IMG/VR virus record: IMGVR_UViG_3300025030_000018
Location: 1-61,771 of that record
Length of the DNA stretch: 61,771 nucleotides
Reading direction: 5' to 3' (one strand)
Origin: a virus
Taxonomy: Duplodnaviria; Caudoviricetes
Of the stretch, positions 34,700-44,917 are shown in pieces (the stretch's first letter is position 1; each line of letters opens with the position of its first letter). The translations under genes were made by a program, and so were the position numbers. The notes under the pieces are model-generated. The model worked only from the letters and a program-made list of their open reading frames with translations, made no database searches and was not told the origin of the DNA.

Positions 34700-36106
34700 A
34701 TGGCGAAAAAGAATATTTACGGTGACTTAACGGTATCTGGCAGAGTGATCTGCGATACCGTGGTCAACCACGCAGGAGTGGCAGTTACGACGGCCACCGA
34801 CTCTGCGCTTTCCGGCAACTTGACCGTTGACGGGACTACAACGCTGACCGGAGGCCTGACAGCCAACGGCGGGATCTCTGCTGACGGCGGAGTGTTCTCG
34901 GTGGCGAACACCACCGGCAACGTCGTCACTACCGGCACTCTGGCAGTTACCGGAGCCTCCACCCTGACCGGCAACGTAGCCGCAGGCGGAACCCTCGGTG
35001 TGGTGGGCGACGTTGCGGTCAATACCAACAAGTTTACTGTTGCTGCTGCATCTGGCAACACGGTCGTCGCAGGCACTTTGGCTGTAGCGGGAGCGCTCGC
35101 TGCCAACGCTGGGATCACTGTTGATACCAACGCCTTCACAGTCGCTGACACCTCTGGCAACACAGCCATCGCTGGCACTCTGACCGTCACAGGCGCAACG
35201 GCGCTGAACGGCGGGCTGACCATGGACACCAACAAGTTCACGGTCGCGGATACCTCTGGCAACGTCCTGACCGCCGGTACGCTCACCGTAGCAGGCGACG
35301 TCGCGGTAAACACCAACAAGTTCACGGTCACCGCTTCGTCTGGAAATACTCTGGTCGCTGGCACCCTGGCAGTTACCGGGGCGTCCACTCTTACCGGAGC
35401 ACTTACCGCTAACGGCGGTATTGACGCCGGGGCTTCCGGCACTGCCGGATCGGTCGATGTTTTCCCGGCAACAGGAAGTAGGGGCAAGTTGGCAATTACC
35501 TGCACCGATCAGACTGGAGATACTACAGTGTCCCTCGTCGCCGGAGCGATGGGCGCGGCCAGAACGATTACCCTGCGCGACCCTGGGGCCGCAGCGAGTT
35601 TCTTGACGACCACCGACGCGACTGCTGCCGCGACTGCCGCGACTGCCGCTGAGATCACCCGGGCTTGTGACATCAGCGCGATGGCTGCAGTTTCCCTTAC
35701 CGGAACTGCTGCTATTACTGCCGCTGATCATGCAGGGAAAATATGCTACATCACCGGCTCCGGCGCAGCGTATACCTACACCCTTCCGGAAGCAACCGGC
35801 ACAGGGCACGTTTATACGTTCATTATGGGCCAGGTGAATACCAGCAACACGGTTTTCACCACCGCCGACGCCACCAACGCGGACTATCGCGGGGTCGCCA
35901 TTCTTGGCGACGCAGACGACAACTCCATGAAGATGTTCGCCGCCGCGGCAACCGATGAGCTTATCACTCTCAACGGCACCACAACGGGCGGCGCGATCGG
36001 TGACAAGGTAGTTCTTACCGATGTCGCTACTGATATTTGGCAAGTAAATATCATCGGGTGGGTCCCTGCCGGGTCCAACCCCGCTACACCGTTCTCAGGC
36101 GCGTAA
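34700..36106 (+). CDS. Head fibre-like protein with beta-repeats
   Basis: Repeated NTNKFTV..SGNT..AGTL.V.G units. Confidence 0.65.
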   Translation: MAKKNIYGDLTVSGRVICDTVVNHAGVAVTTATDSALSGNLTVDGTTTLTGGLTANGGISADGGVFSVANTTGNVVTTGTLAVTGASTLTGNVAAGGTLGVVGDVAVNTNKFTVAAASGNTVVAGTLAVAGALAANAGITVDTNAFTVADTSGNTAIAGTLTVTGATALNGGLTMDTNKFTVADTSGNVLTAGTLTVAGDVAVNTNKFTVTASSGNTLVAGTLAVTGASTLTGALTANGGIDAGASGTAGSVDVFPATGSRGKLAITCTDQTGDTTVSLVAGAMGAARTITLRDPGAAASFLTTTDATAAATAATAAEITRACDISAMAAVSLTGTAAITAADHAGKICYITGSGAAYTYTLPEATGTGHVYTFIMGQVNTSNTVFTTADATNADYRGVAILGDADDNSMKMFAAAATDELITLNGTTTGGAIGDKVVLTDVATDIWQVNIIGWVPAGSNPATPFSGA

Positions 36107-36118
36107 GCTTCAACCGAG

Positions 36119-36143
36119 GGGAGGGTGCAGAGTCCCTCCCTTT
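36119..36143 (+). terminator. Possible intrinsic terminator
   Basis: GGGAGGG-TGCAGAGT-CCCTCCC followed by TTT. Confidence 0.5.
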
Positions 36144-36184
36144 CATTGAGCCTTGCAATCACCTCTTAAAGGGAGACTTGAAAA

Positions 36185-36454
36185 ATGTACATGAAACGGA
36201 TGCTGGAGATTGGACAGGCAAGTAATGGCTACGTCATTGAGTGCCGGGTGCCGATCAAGCCGAAGGAAAAGAAAAGCAGCCAAGGGCTGTGTGAGTGCTA
36301 CCCAGGCTCCAGCGAGAAACAGTACATCGCCAAGGACGCTAAAGAGGTCGTAGCAATCATTGAAAAACTGATGCCGATGCTGGACGACAAGTTTACCTCA
36401 GAAGAGGAATTTGACGCCGCATTCACCGAAGCTGCAAAACCCAAGGAGAAATAA
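36185..36454 (+). CDS. Hypothetical protein
   Basis: 89 aa; GGGAG RBS. Confidence 0.65.
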   Translation: MYMKRMLEIGQASNGYVIECRVPIKPKEKKSSQGLCECYPGSSEKQYIAKDAKEVVAIIEKLMPMLDDKFTSEEEFDAAFTEAAKPKEK

Positions 36455-36859
36455 ATGTCCGTGAACGACGAGTTCGACCTGGCAAAAGACCTTGATATGG
36501 AAGAGATGGTTGCCCCTCCGGCGATGAAAAAACCCGCCGCCAAGCTGGCAAAGAAGATCGAAGCCCAGCCCGATCCAGTGGCTGACGAGAAGGTAACCGA
36601 GGAACCCGCTCCGAAGAAAAAGAACCGCGTCCGTATCATGATCGACGAGGTTGCCGGCATGAATAACTTCGAGGTTGTTGGGGTCAACGGTGTCATTTAC
36701 CAGATCAAGCGAGGAGTTCCGGTTGAAGTCCCGCCCGAGGTCGTCCATGTCCTTGAGAACGCTCAGATGACCCATGTGGAGCGTAAGCGAAACCTCCTGA
36801 CCGGCGAAGTCGAAGAGACCCGCAAGGTTTTCTCGGCGATCCCCTGGCGGAGAGTGTAG
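36455..36859 (+). CDS. Morphogenesis-region protein
   Basis: VGVNG..Y.IKRG..VEVP..V..VL.NA motif. Confidence 0.7.
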   Translation: MSVNDEFDLAKDLDMEEMVAPPAMKKPAAKLAKKIEAQPDPVADEKVTEEPAPKKKNRVRIMIDEVAGMNNFEVVGVNGVIYQIKRGVPVEVPPEVVHVLENAQMTHVERKRNLLTGEVEETRKVFSAIPWRRV

Positions 36860-36862
36860 GCC

Positions 36863-37810
36863 ATGACCCGGGCTGAGATGCTGGCAGAACTTCGTGAGGT
36901 TATCCATGACACGACGCTCTCAGTAGGCTGGGGGGATGCTGTTTTGGTCGGGTATCTTGCTGAAGGGCAGGATAAGTTCTGCGAGGAGACCGGCTATTTT
37001 CGTGATGCTACCAACTACACGGTGACGTTGCAGACGGACACCGCGAGATACGACATCAGCGACCGGATTATTCAGGTCCTGCATGTATGGGACGGGATGC
37101 GGCGCCTCGGAAAGATTCACGACGACCGAGTAGTCAGCAATGACGACTGGCCCGCAACGATCAGCGTTACGGCCGGCCTACCCACCCACTGGCGCACTGA
37201 CAAAGAGACCGGAGCTATCGAGTTCTACCCGACGCCGACTTCCGATTACGATGAGCGCGTTATGACGCTTCAGGTGTGGCGGTACAGTCGGTACCCGCTC
37301 GATCGAATGAGTAGTACTATAACCTTAACAGGCTCTTTGCATGCTGGCGACGTTATTACCGCTACGGTGAATGGAGCGGTTTACTCATATGCGGTTCTCG
37401 GAAGTGAAGGATCGTTGTCCGCTGTTGCTGCCGCACTGGCCGCTGTTATTGACGCCTCTACCGATCTGGTAGCTACTGCATCCGGCCAGGTGGTGGCTGT
37501 ATCCGCGCTTCTACCAGAAGTGTCTACATCTACGACTACTGTCGTTAGCGGCGAGGGCGCTACGGTGACGGCTACAGCGGCAGATGTGTACTCTGCATCT
37601 CCTGAGATTGTTAACCGCCTTCAACGCGCCTGCGTCGAGTGGGCAGCCTACAAGGCGCTCATGCATCACGACTCAGAGACACAAGATCCGATCAAGGCGT
37701 CAGAGCATTTGGCTGCGTTCAATGCGTATGTGCTTGATGGGATTCGGCAGTTCCGCAGGAAGCACAATCAGGAGACCTGGGTCGGTACTGATCCGGCGTA
37801 CCGGACATGA
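36863..37810 (+). CDS. Head-to-tail adaptor protein with inserted domain
   Basis: W.D..L..YL.EGQ, P..W....IEFYPTP, PEI....WAAYKAL. Confidence 0.7.
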   Translation: MTRAEMLAELREVIHDTTLSVGWGDAVLVGYLAEGQDKFCEETGYFRDATNYTVTLQTDTARYDISDRIIQVLHVWDGMRRLGKIHDDRVVSNDDWPATISVTAGLPTHWRTDKETGAIEFYPTPTSDYDERVMTLQVWRYSRYPLDRMSSTITLTGSLHAGDVITATVNGAVYSYAVLGSEGSLSAVAAALAAVIDASTDLVATASGQVVAVSALLPEVSTSTTTVVSGEGATVTATAADVYSASPEIVNRLQRACVEWAAYKALMHHDSETQDPIKASEHLAAFNAYVLDGIRQFRRKHNQETWVGTDPAYRT

Positions 37811-38751
37811 CAGTAACCATCGTCGACAAGTGTGAAGGCCTCAACACTATTCTCGACCCAATGCACCCTGTCAAGGATACTGACCAGTACGGCAGACCTA
37901 TTCCCAGCCCGCATCTGGCGAAAGCCGTCAACATCAGGATCACCGATTCAAACAAGATCGAGTTGGGGCCAGGCTTTACAAAACTCGAAGACCTGACCGC
38001 AGGCCATTCCCTGTTTTGCGACAACGGTCCATGCCTGGTCCATGACGGCGGCAGTATGTACGAAGTTGCGGCGGATCTGTCGCTATCGGCTGCAAAGCGC
38101 ACCGGCATGAGCGGCGATCCAATGGATCATGTGCAGTACGGACAGGCAATCTACTTCGGCAACCGGCAGGAGAAAGGCGTCTACTACGGAGGCGCAAGCC
38201 TGGCGTGGGATGTGGACACTTACAACGGCCCGCCGACTGATCGACAGTTTGAAACATCAGTCCCGCTGTTCAACCATCTCGCAGGATTCAATGGCTACAT
38301 TCTCGGTTCGATTGATAACGCCCTGTTCGCTTGTGAGATTGGCAAGCCTGGCTTGTGGGAGATGAAACCGATCTGGATGAGCGACACCGATATTATCATG
38401 ATCAAGGCGGTTGCCTCGGATGGAGCGCAGCCTTTCGGTGGCATCTTCGTCAGCGACACGAAGCGGCAGTTTTTTCTCTCTGGACTCGATCCGCGAAATC
38501 TCGCAGAAGGCAAAATAGCAGACTATCCGGCCATCGAATGGGCCGTTGCTCACGGTTATGCAGATGCCTCTGAGTTTTCCGAAAACTCCGGGCGGCGAGT
38601 TGGGGCATGGTTCAGCCGCAAAGGGCTTTGCCTTGGCACCGCGCAAGGAGGATTCACTAATGTCATGCACACCAAGATCGCAATCCCATCAACCGGGACT
38701 GCTGGGGCATGTTTGATTAAAGGGCATAATATCATTTCAATTTTGAGGTAA
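37807..38751 (+). CDS. Tail tubular/nozzle-type protein
   Basis: GLN...AVNI.I...PGF N-terminus, beta-propeller-like; position after adaptor. Confidence 0.55.
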   Translation: MTVTIVDKCEGLNTILDPMHPVKDTDQYGRPIPSPHLAKAVNIRITDSNKIELGPGFTKLEDLTAGHSLFCDNGPCLVHDGGSMYEVAADLSLSAAKRTGMSGDPMDHVQYGQAIYFGNRQEKGVYYGGASLAWDVDTYNGPPTDRQFETSVPLFNHLAGFNGYILGSIDNALFACEIGKPGLWEMKPIWMSDTDIIMIKAVASDGAQPFGGIFVSDTKRQFFLSGLDPRNLAEGKIADYPAIEWAVAHGYADASEFSENSGRRVGAWFSRKGLCLGTAQGGFTNVMHTKIAIPSTGTAGACLIKGHNIISILR

Positions 38752-38755
38752 GCAC

Positions 38756-39181
38756 ATGGCAGGAACAATTTCACTCAACGTCCCAACCAAGAATGCAATA
38801 TGGGATGATATCGCCGCAGAGTTTGCGAATGGCATTATCCATTGCTTCGGCGGAACGGCTGTTGCAGTAACGACTACTGCTCCGGGAACCGATATTCTCG
38901 TCAAATTCACAAAAGATGGTGGTGCATTCACCCCCGGTATTGCGGCCAATGGTATTAACCTTGGCACCGCATCAGCCGGTGAGATCGAGAAAGATGCCTA
39001 TGACTATGAAGGACTCGGCCTTGTCGCTGGGACTATGACTTGGTTTCGCCACTACAATAACGACCTGACCAAGTGGATTCAGGGTGCAGTTAATACGTCC
39101 GGAGCAGCTATGACGGTTACGACAACAGCGGTTGTGGTTGATAGTCCTGTGGCAATCACCAGTCTTAAGTACAGATTTTAA
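38756..39181 (+). CDS. Virion structural protein
   Basis: GTMTWFR...IQG.V motif; tail module. Confidence 0.6.
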   Translation: MAGTISLNVPTKNAIWDDIAAEFANGIIHCFGGTAVAVTTTAPGTDILVKFTKDGGAFTPGIAANGINLGTASAGEIEKDAYDYEGLGLVAGTMTWFRHYNNDLTKWIQGAVNTSGAAMTVTTTAVVVDSPVAITSLKYRF

Positions 39182-39190
39182 GGAGATATC

Positions 39191-39616
39191 ATGGCACTTG
39201 TTCTTACAGACGTTGGGGCAGACGAGTTTTTAAAGGTTTACTTCAACAACGATAGACCGGCAGGAGGAAATGACCTTACGCTCAGGTTGTTCGTTAATGA
39301 CGTTACTCCTGGACAAGCAGGAATTTCCTATACCGAAGCAGCAGGTGGCGGGTATGCGGCGATCACGCTTACTAATGGATCGTGGACAGTCAACACGGCA
39401 AATGATCCGAGTGACGCAGTGTACGCGCAACAGACATTCACGCTGACCGGGGCGCTTACTACGAACGATACAATTTACGGATATTATGTGACTGACGCCG
39501 ACGCTACGGTTGTTTATGCGGAACGCCTTGCAGCCTCATTCACCCCATTGAACAACGGCGACAATATCAAGGTTACTCCCAAATTCCAGATGAGTTCTGG
39601 TACTCCGGGCAACTAA
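39191..39616 (+). CDS. Virion structural protein
   Basis: LRLF.ND.TP...TEA.GGGYA...YGYYV...AERL. Confidence 0.65.
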   Translation: MALVLTDVGADEFLKVYFNNDRPAGGNDLTLRLFVNDVTPGQAGISYTEAAGGGYAAITLTNGSWTVNTANDPSDAVYAQQTFTLTGALTTNDTIYGYYVTDADATVVYAERLAASFTPLNNGDNIKVTPKFQMSSGTPGN

Positions 39617-39626
39617 GAGGCTTTAA

Positions 39627-40844
39627 GTGCCGAATTACTTTAATCCCAGTGATGCATATAGTGGCGCGTTCACATTCTCGAACAATGACAAGACGGCCAC
39701 TTATGCCGCGTCTTCCGTTTGGCGCTCTGCTAGGTGTTATCCGCCAATAGATACAGCAAATGATTCGGCATATTTTGAATTTGTTTTTGCCACGAATGCT
39801 GGAAGTTCAATCTTTGGTGTTGGCACAGCCTCAGCTGACTTAGCCAGCTATGTTGGGGCTTCAACAACTGGATGGAGCTACCATCAAGATGGTAGAAAGT
39901 TTTATAATGGCTCTCCTGAGTTATTTGGAGCCACTCTTACAACCGGAGACATAATAGGCGTTGCCATCAAGAATGGCAAGATATGGTTCTCGAAGAACGG
40001 AACTTGGCAAGCAAGCGGAAATCCTGAAACTGAGGCGAATCCAGCATATTCAAATTTAACCGGAACTGTTTATCCAGCTATCTCAGGGTACTCGCAAAAC
40101 TCAGTTGCCACAGTTAGAACTATGGCCGGGGAGTTTTCGTATTCTCCTCCTTCGGGTTTCTCAGCTATTGCATCCGGTGATTCGGTCTCAATCACAGGAT
40201 CAGGCGGCGCGGAAGCTGGTGGCGCAGCAGATTTTATCCTTGCCGCAAGCGTTATAGCGACAGGGGGCGGCGTTGGTGGCGGCGAAGCAACTATTGAGAC
40301 ATACGACCTCGCTGAATCTGTTTCGATAACCGGATCAGGCGGAGCGGTCGCAGGCGGTGCGTCTGAATATATCCGCGAGGCCAGCCATATTGCGGCAGGC
40401 GGTGCAGTTGCGGGGGGTGCGGCAACTATCAAGACGCCTGCTCCTGTTTGGGTTGAAGGCGTAATGCCAGACATGTACGGCGAGGTTGATCTTTTCGTCA
40501 CCCCTGCCGCAGTGATTGAAGGCGTCATGCCCCTGATGTATGGCGATATTCAGACCGGCTGGAGCATTGAGGGCGTCATGCCCATGATGTACGGCGAGAT
40601 ATCCGCTGTTACAAAGATTCATGCCGATATGGAAGGGGTAATGCCTTCGATGTACGGGGAGATTGATGCAAGAGGGATTTTCTGCAACCTGGAAGGCGTA
40701 ATGCCGCCAATGTATGGCGACATCGACGCAACCGGCAGTATTACTTTCAGCACCCTGGCCTTTCCTGCGAGAGTCCATGTTGCTGACGATGGAATCACCA
40801 ACGCGCCATACTCCGACACCATTCTCCAATTCGTGCGTCAATGA
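39627..40844 (+). CDS. SPRY/ConA-domain tail protein with C-terminal repeats
   Basis: YFEF...GVG...GDIIGVA..KIWFSKNGTWQ; GGA.AGG and EGVMPxMYG repeats. Confidence 0.75.
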   Translation: MPNYFNPSDAYSGAFTFSNNDKTATYAASSVWRSARCYPPIDTANDSAYFEFVFATNAGSSIFGVGTASADLASYVGASTTGWSYHQDGRKFYNGSPELFGATLTTGDIIGVAIKNGKIWFSKNGTWQASGNPETEANPAYSNLTGTVYPAISGYSQNSVATVRTMAGEFSYSPPSGFSAIASGDSVSITGSGGAEAGGAADFILAASVIATGGGVGGGEATIETYDLAESVSITGSGGAVAGGASEYIREASHIAAGGAVAGGAATIKTPAPVWVEGVMPDMYGEVDLFVTPAAVIEGVMPLMYGDIQTGWSIEGVMPMMYGEISAVTKIHADMEGVMPSMYGEIDARGIFCNLEGVMPPMYGDIDATGSITFSTLAFPARVHVADDGITNAPYSDTILQFVRQ

Positions 40845-41527
40845 AGATCCCGACCAAGATCATCTTTCACGGCCCATACGAGCGGTGTCAGGCTGTTCTT
40901 GGGATTGCGAGAAGTAGGTTGGCTCTCCTAGAAGATCGCTTGAGAAGAAGTAATGGGACTGTTCAGCAGGGATGGCAGCGACCTATCCGGCTTGATACCG
41001 GGGAAGTGATCAGGTGCGGAGTGTCTTTCAATACCAGCGTGGTGGAAATATATGCAGGCGGAGAACCGGAACCGCTGAGAGAGATCAGTCGCGAGTGTTT
41101 CTGTAGCTGCAATCTTGCTCTCGGAGTTGTCGTTAAAGTTCATGAAGAGGAACTTGAGTCAGACGTTACGCTTTATGATGTAAGAGTTTGCAATAAGAAA
41201 GACCGATACCTCAAGTATGAAAACATCATTGCCAGCGATTTTACTCCATACGTCAAGAATCAAAAGGTTCTGGTGATGGCTTATAACGATTTTCAATATG
41301 TGTGCTGTTCTCAAAAGCCTGTTGTTACAGCCTGTGTGCCGAAGAAATCAGCAAACGTGGTCAGCTCTGACGCATGGCGAACTACCTACCGAATAATCCC
41401 ATTCTGCGCTCGGAAGGTGCCGAAGTGGCTGAACATGAAAGAATCTGATGTTGATCCTGTAACGGGCGGAGATCCAGATAAAACGAAAGTTGCCACAGGC
41501 ACACATGGCACGATAGGAACGAACTGA
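40841..41527 (+). CDS. Tail-module protein
   Basis: 228 aa, overlaps both neighbours. Confidence 0.6.
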   Translation: MKIPTKIIFHGPYERCQAVLGIARSRLALLEDRLRRSNGTVQQGWQRPIRLDTGEVIRCGVSFNTSVVEIYAGGEPEPLREISRECFCSCNLALGVVVKVHEEELESDVTLYDVRVCNKKDRYLKYENIIASDFTPYVKNQKVLVMAYNDFQYVCCSQKPVVTACVPKKSANVVSSDAWRTTYRIIPFCARKVPKWLNMKESDVDPVTGGDPDKTKVATGTHGTIGTN

Positions 41528-43359
41528 TGGCAGCCTGCGGCGATTCTGCATATGAGATGGTTTCCGTCTTCGGCATTGGGGACATCAAGAAGAATGTCGT
41601 GGCCGAGGCACAGATTTCCAGCATTAACCGAGCAAACAATACGGCTGATCTGGTTTACGTCTCGACTTGTAATCCAGCACTACCGAGTACTGATGTTGAG
41701 TTTTTCTATCATTGCGAAACTTCAACCGGGACTATTGAAGATTTGGCAAATGGTCATAGTGCATTTGTTGATGGTGATACTGTCTATGTGGTACATCTAC
41801 CAGCCATCGGAGGGCAAGCAGCCAGGACGTACATAGTTGGGCATGTTGATATCAGATCGACCAAGAAATGTAAGCAATGGATGGCCATAAGACTCAACGC
41901 CAGAGGGCGTGGTTACACAGATGCTTTTGTGGCTATAATAGACATTACTTCTGGAGAGCTTTACGATAAATGGGATGATGTGAGTTTCCCGGTTAGGTGG
42001 AACGATACAGCATTTCTGGCTAGAGCCTCTTTGGTTACACCGGTAACACCCGATGTCATAGATGAGGCTATTGCAGGGGAAAATCGGGATTATTGGTACA
42101 ACGGTAACTTTGATCAGTTTAAAGCAGGGTTGCCATGGACAAATGGAAGGATAACGACAACTACCCAAGGTAGTATAACCACTATTGACAATACGTCAGA
42201 AACAAATCAGCCTGGTATATTTGAACGAATTAATCCTGATTCATCTCAATGCTATCTTCATCATTCTTCGTGGACAATTGATAGCACTGAAACAAATGTT
42301 ACTTTGCCTAGTATAGAGTATGAGCTTGAGGTGGGGCCGTTACCTTATGATTATGAAGGCGATTTGACATCTTTGGGCAGCGTAGGAGGGTATAACAAAA
42401 ATACTCGAAATACCTTATCAAGCGAAAAAGACGGTGAGATGTATGTATGGAACCTGGCAAATGGGCATACTTACTTTCTAAACCCGAACACAGAAAATAA
42501 TGTAACTTCTGATTCATCGTATATTAATCCGTACTACGCCCAATCAGTTACTACTGGCGGAGCGAACTGGCCAAGTGTATCATTTGCATGTTACGTACTG
42601 AAGGATAATACAAGTCAAATATATGAGTTTTCGGTATCTGTAGACGCCTCTTATCACTATGAAGGAACGCTTACTGGAAATGGCGACTATGAGTATTCTT
42701 TTTGTGAGGGATCAGCAGAAACTCTATCTGGCCATAGGTCAGGGACGCGCACATTTAATTACTCCATGAAAGCACCTTGGGGAGCTAGTGCATTTTCGGC
42801 AGCAACAATAACAGCTACTCAAGAGACAGATGTCACTACTATTTCCGGTTGGAACTTTTCAAATATTTCAGCTATAGGCAATCCAGCGTTGCTTTCGTAC
42901 GTAGATGATTATAACCAGAATCCATTATTCTATACATCTAGGCTAGATGGCCCGATAGACGTTCCTGTTATTCCACAGAACCCACTGAAAATAGCAACCT
43001 CTTGTATGGCAAATAGTAGCTTCGGTGTATTTGGTATTTCTGTGGTAGCCCGCTACGAAAATGATGCATACGCGATAACGGCCAATACAATGGCCGATTA
43101 TACTGGTGCTAACACTGAGATTGACTTATCTAAAATAGTTGTGGATGTAGCACTTGGGTTTGCTAATCATTCACCAAGTTTAAGCCTTGGAAGTATTAAT
43201 TCTATTACTGTTCCAAGTGGGTTAATGAATACAATTAAAACCATGATTCAAATGCATGATCAAAGCGCGTCAGAACAGTTAACTCCAGAAGGAGTAGCAT
43301 CAGTTATGGGTGAGAGCTTACTTTTTGATATGCTGCCAGTTATTATCAGTGAAGAATAA
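41527..43359 (+). CDS. Tail protein with AT-rich variable C-terminus (possible receptor-binding)
   Basis: 610 aa; composition shifts to AT-rich from about 41.7 kb. Confidence 0.6.
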   Translation: MAACGDSAYEMVSVFGIGDIKKNVVAEAQISSINRANNTADLVYVSTCNPALPSTDVEFFYHCETSTGTIEDLANGHSAFVDGDTVYVVHLPAIGGQAARTYIVGHVDIRSTKKCKQWMAIRLNARGRGYTDAFVAIIDITSGELYDKWDDVSFPVRWNDTAFLARASLVTPVTPDVIDEAIAGENRDYWYNGNFDQFKAGLPWTNGRITTTTQGSITTIDNTSETNQPGIFERINPDSSQCYLHHSSWTIDSTETNVTLPSIEYELEVGPLPYDYEGDLTSLGSVGGYNKNTRNTLSSEKDGEMYVWNLANGHTYFLNPNTENNVTSDSSYINPYYAQSVTTGGANWPSVSFACYVLKDNTSQIYEFSVSVDASYHYEGTLTGNGDYEYSFCEGSAETLSGHRSGTRTFNYSMKAPWGASAFSAATITATQETDVTTISGWNFSNISAIGNPALLSYVDDYNQNPLFYTSRLDGPIDVPVIPQNPLKIATSCMANSSFGVFGISVVARYENDAYAITANTMADYTGANTEIDLSKIVVDVALGFANHSPSLSLGSINSITVPSGLMNTIKTMIQMHDQSASEQLTPEGVASVMGESLLFDMLPVIISEE

Positions 43360-43393
43360 TGGATAGTAAAATAAACGTATATAAGAGGTAATT

Positions 43394-44362
43394 ATGGGTG
43401 GTTATCCAGTAACAGTCTCAGAAGACAAAGTACCTATTCCGTCAGCAGGATATGTAGGCGGCGAGAACATTATCCTTCAGCAGTTCAATTCAACGAATCT
43501 GCTCGTTGACGAAATGAAGGCTTTGGTTCTCGGCTACATGTCAGACCTGAGTGCAATGCTGGCCAGTATCGAGATGCCAGATGGTTGGGCTGATGCTCTG
43601 GCTGACGTGACGATTGCGCCGGTTCCGGCAATTGATATGTCGTCGGTTCCTACTCCTTCGCCGCCAATGGATGTTTCCGCGCTCTGGTTGGCGATCCTGA
43701 CGAAGATTCAGACCGACTTAGCCGGAGGATCAGGACTTGGTGCGGCGGTTGAAGCAGCTCTCTATCAGCGTGACGCCGACCGGAAACAGGCAGCGAACGA
43801 AAAGGCGTATGCGGCAGGAGTCAGCGAGATCGCATCAAAAGCCTTATCATTTCCGCAGTACGCCATGCAAAATCTCAGTAACCAGATGGCAGCAGAAATA
43901 TTGCGACAGGAACACGCTTCGAGCAACGAGATCGTTATTTCCCAGGCCGAGCTTGCCCAGAAAAATACTCAGTTCGCCGTTGAAACTGGCGGCACTATTC
44001 TGACTGGACTCACCAAGGCTGAAGCCGATATCTACGAATCCATGGTCCGGGCGCAGACGGCTTGGTACAACGCACTCTCAGCCAACAACGAGGCTCAGTT
44101 GAAATTTGCTGAGTTGGAGTTGCGGAAAGTCACCGAGCAACTGAAGGCAACCCTGGATGGTACAGTTTCGATCAACAGCGTCAGGGAGAGGATCACCAAC
44201 GGCTTGCTCGGGGCTACCGCTCAGACCATGGCATCCGCTCTCAATGCGGTCAACACCTCTGTTGGACATACCACCAGCCGCAGCGCAGGCGTCCAGGAGT
44301 CTTGGGGCCATAGCGAAAGCGTCAGCGATATTCACCAAACCGAACACGATCCGGAGGCATAA
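43394..44362 (+). CDS. Helical virion protein
   Basis: 322 aa; G.GL...VE.ALY.R...AEL.QKN.QFA. Confidence 0.6.
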   Translation: MGGYPVTVSEDKVPIPSAGYVGGENIILQQFNSTNLLVDEMKALVLGYMSDLSAMLASIEMPDGWADALADVTIAPVPAIDMSSVPTPSPPMDVSALWLAILTKIQTDLAGGSGLGAAVEAALYQRDADRKQAANEKAYAAGVSEIASKALSFPQYAMQNLSNQMAAEILRQEHASSNEIVISQAELAQKNTQFAVETGGTILTGLTKAEADIYESMVRAQTAWYNALSANNEAQLKFAELELRKVTEQLKATLDGTVSINSVRERITNGLLGATAQTMASALNAVNTSVGHTTSRSAGVQESWGHSESVSDIHQTEHDPEA

Positions 44363-44811
44363 TGCTTACCCTGCATACCAACCTCAAAAACAACGCCACC
44401 ACCCAGCTTGCCGGATTTGATTTCAATTCGTTCTGCAAGTTTGGGGAGCATTATCTTGCCTGTTCAACTACGAAACTCTGTGAGATTGGCGGTGAAACGT
44501 ATGATGGAGTTGACATTGCCAGCGTGCTCGAAACGTTCGTCACAAAGCTCGGGTACGCCGGCAACAAGCGCCTGCAGTACATCTATCTCGGGGTCGAGAC
44601 CGAAGGCACGGTTATTGTCACCCCTACGGTTGACGGCGCCGATCAACCTGCGGTAACGTTCGCTCCTACCGCACCTGGCCGGCAGTATATATACAAGCCC
44701 GTCGGCCGCGGCTCTACCGGCGCTTACTGGAGCTTTAAAGTCGAGAACGTCGATGGGTGCTGGTTCGCCATAGATCACATGAGCGCAAGTGTTGTGAAGC
44801 TCAGGCGGTGA
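44362..44811 (+). CDS. Tail-associated protein
   Basis: N.A.T....FNSF...KR...YLG...GRG..G.YW.F. Confidence 0.6.
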   Translation: MLTLHTNLKNNATTQLAGFDFNSFCKFGEHYLACSTTKLCEIGGETYDGVDIASVLETFVTKLGYAGNKRLQYIYLGVETEGTVIVTPTVDGADQPAVTFAPTAPGRQYIYKPVGRGSTGAYWSFKVENVDGCWFAIDHMSASVVKLRR

Positions 44812-44859
44812 AATTGCCAGGCGTTTTCTGAAGCAGAGAGCGCCATGTCAAGAATAAAA

Positions 44860-44888
44860 GTGCATTTTCTGTAATAATATGTTACTAT
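44860..44888 (+). promoter_or_regulatory. Extended -10 promoter for internal virion protein genes
   Basis: GTGCAT-17 nt-TACTAT with TGn; contains GTAAT-AATAT-GTTAC. Confidence 0.5.
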
Positions 44889-44917
44889 ACTCCTAAAATT
44901 TTAGAGGAGGTACGCCG

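Noticed and set aside
34717-36043. Long antisense ORFs over the head fibre gene, and similar shadows over polymerase, portal and the giant gene
   Set aside because: Expected stop-poor reverse frames of GC-rich coding DNA; no independent signals.
21064-43359. Diversity-generating retroelement acting on fibre genes
   Set aside because: No reverse transcriptase recognised and no TR/VR pair differing at adenines was seen.
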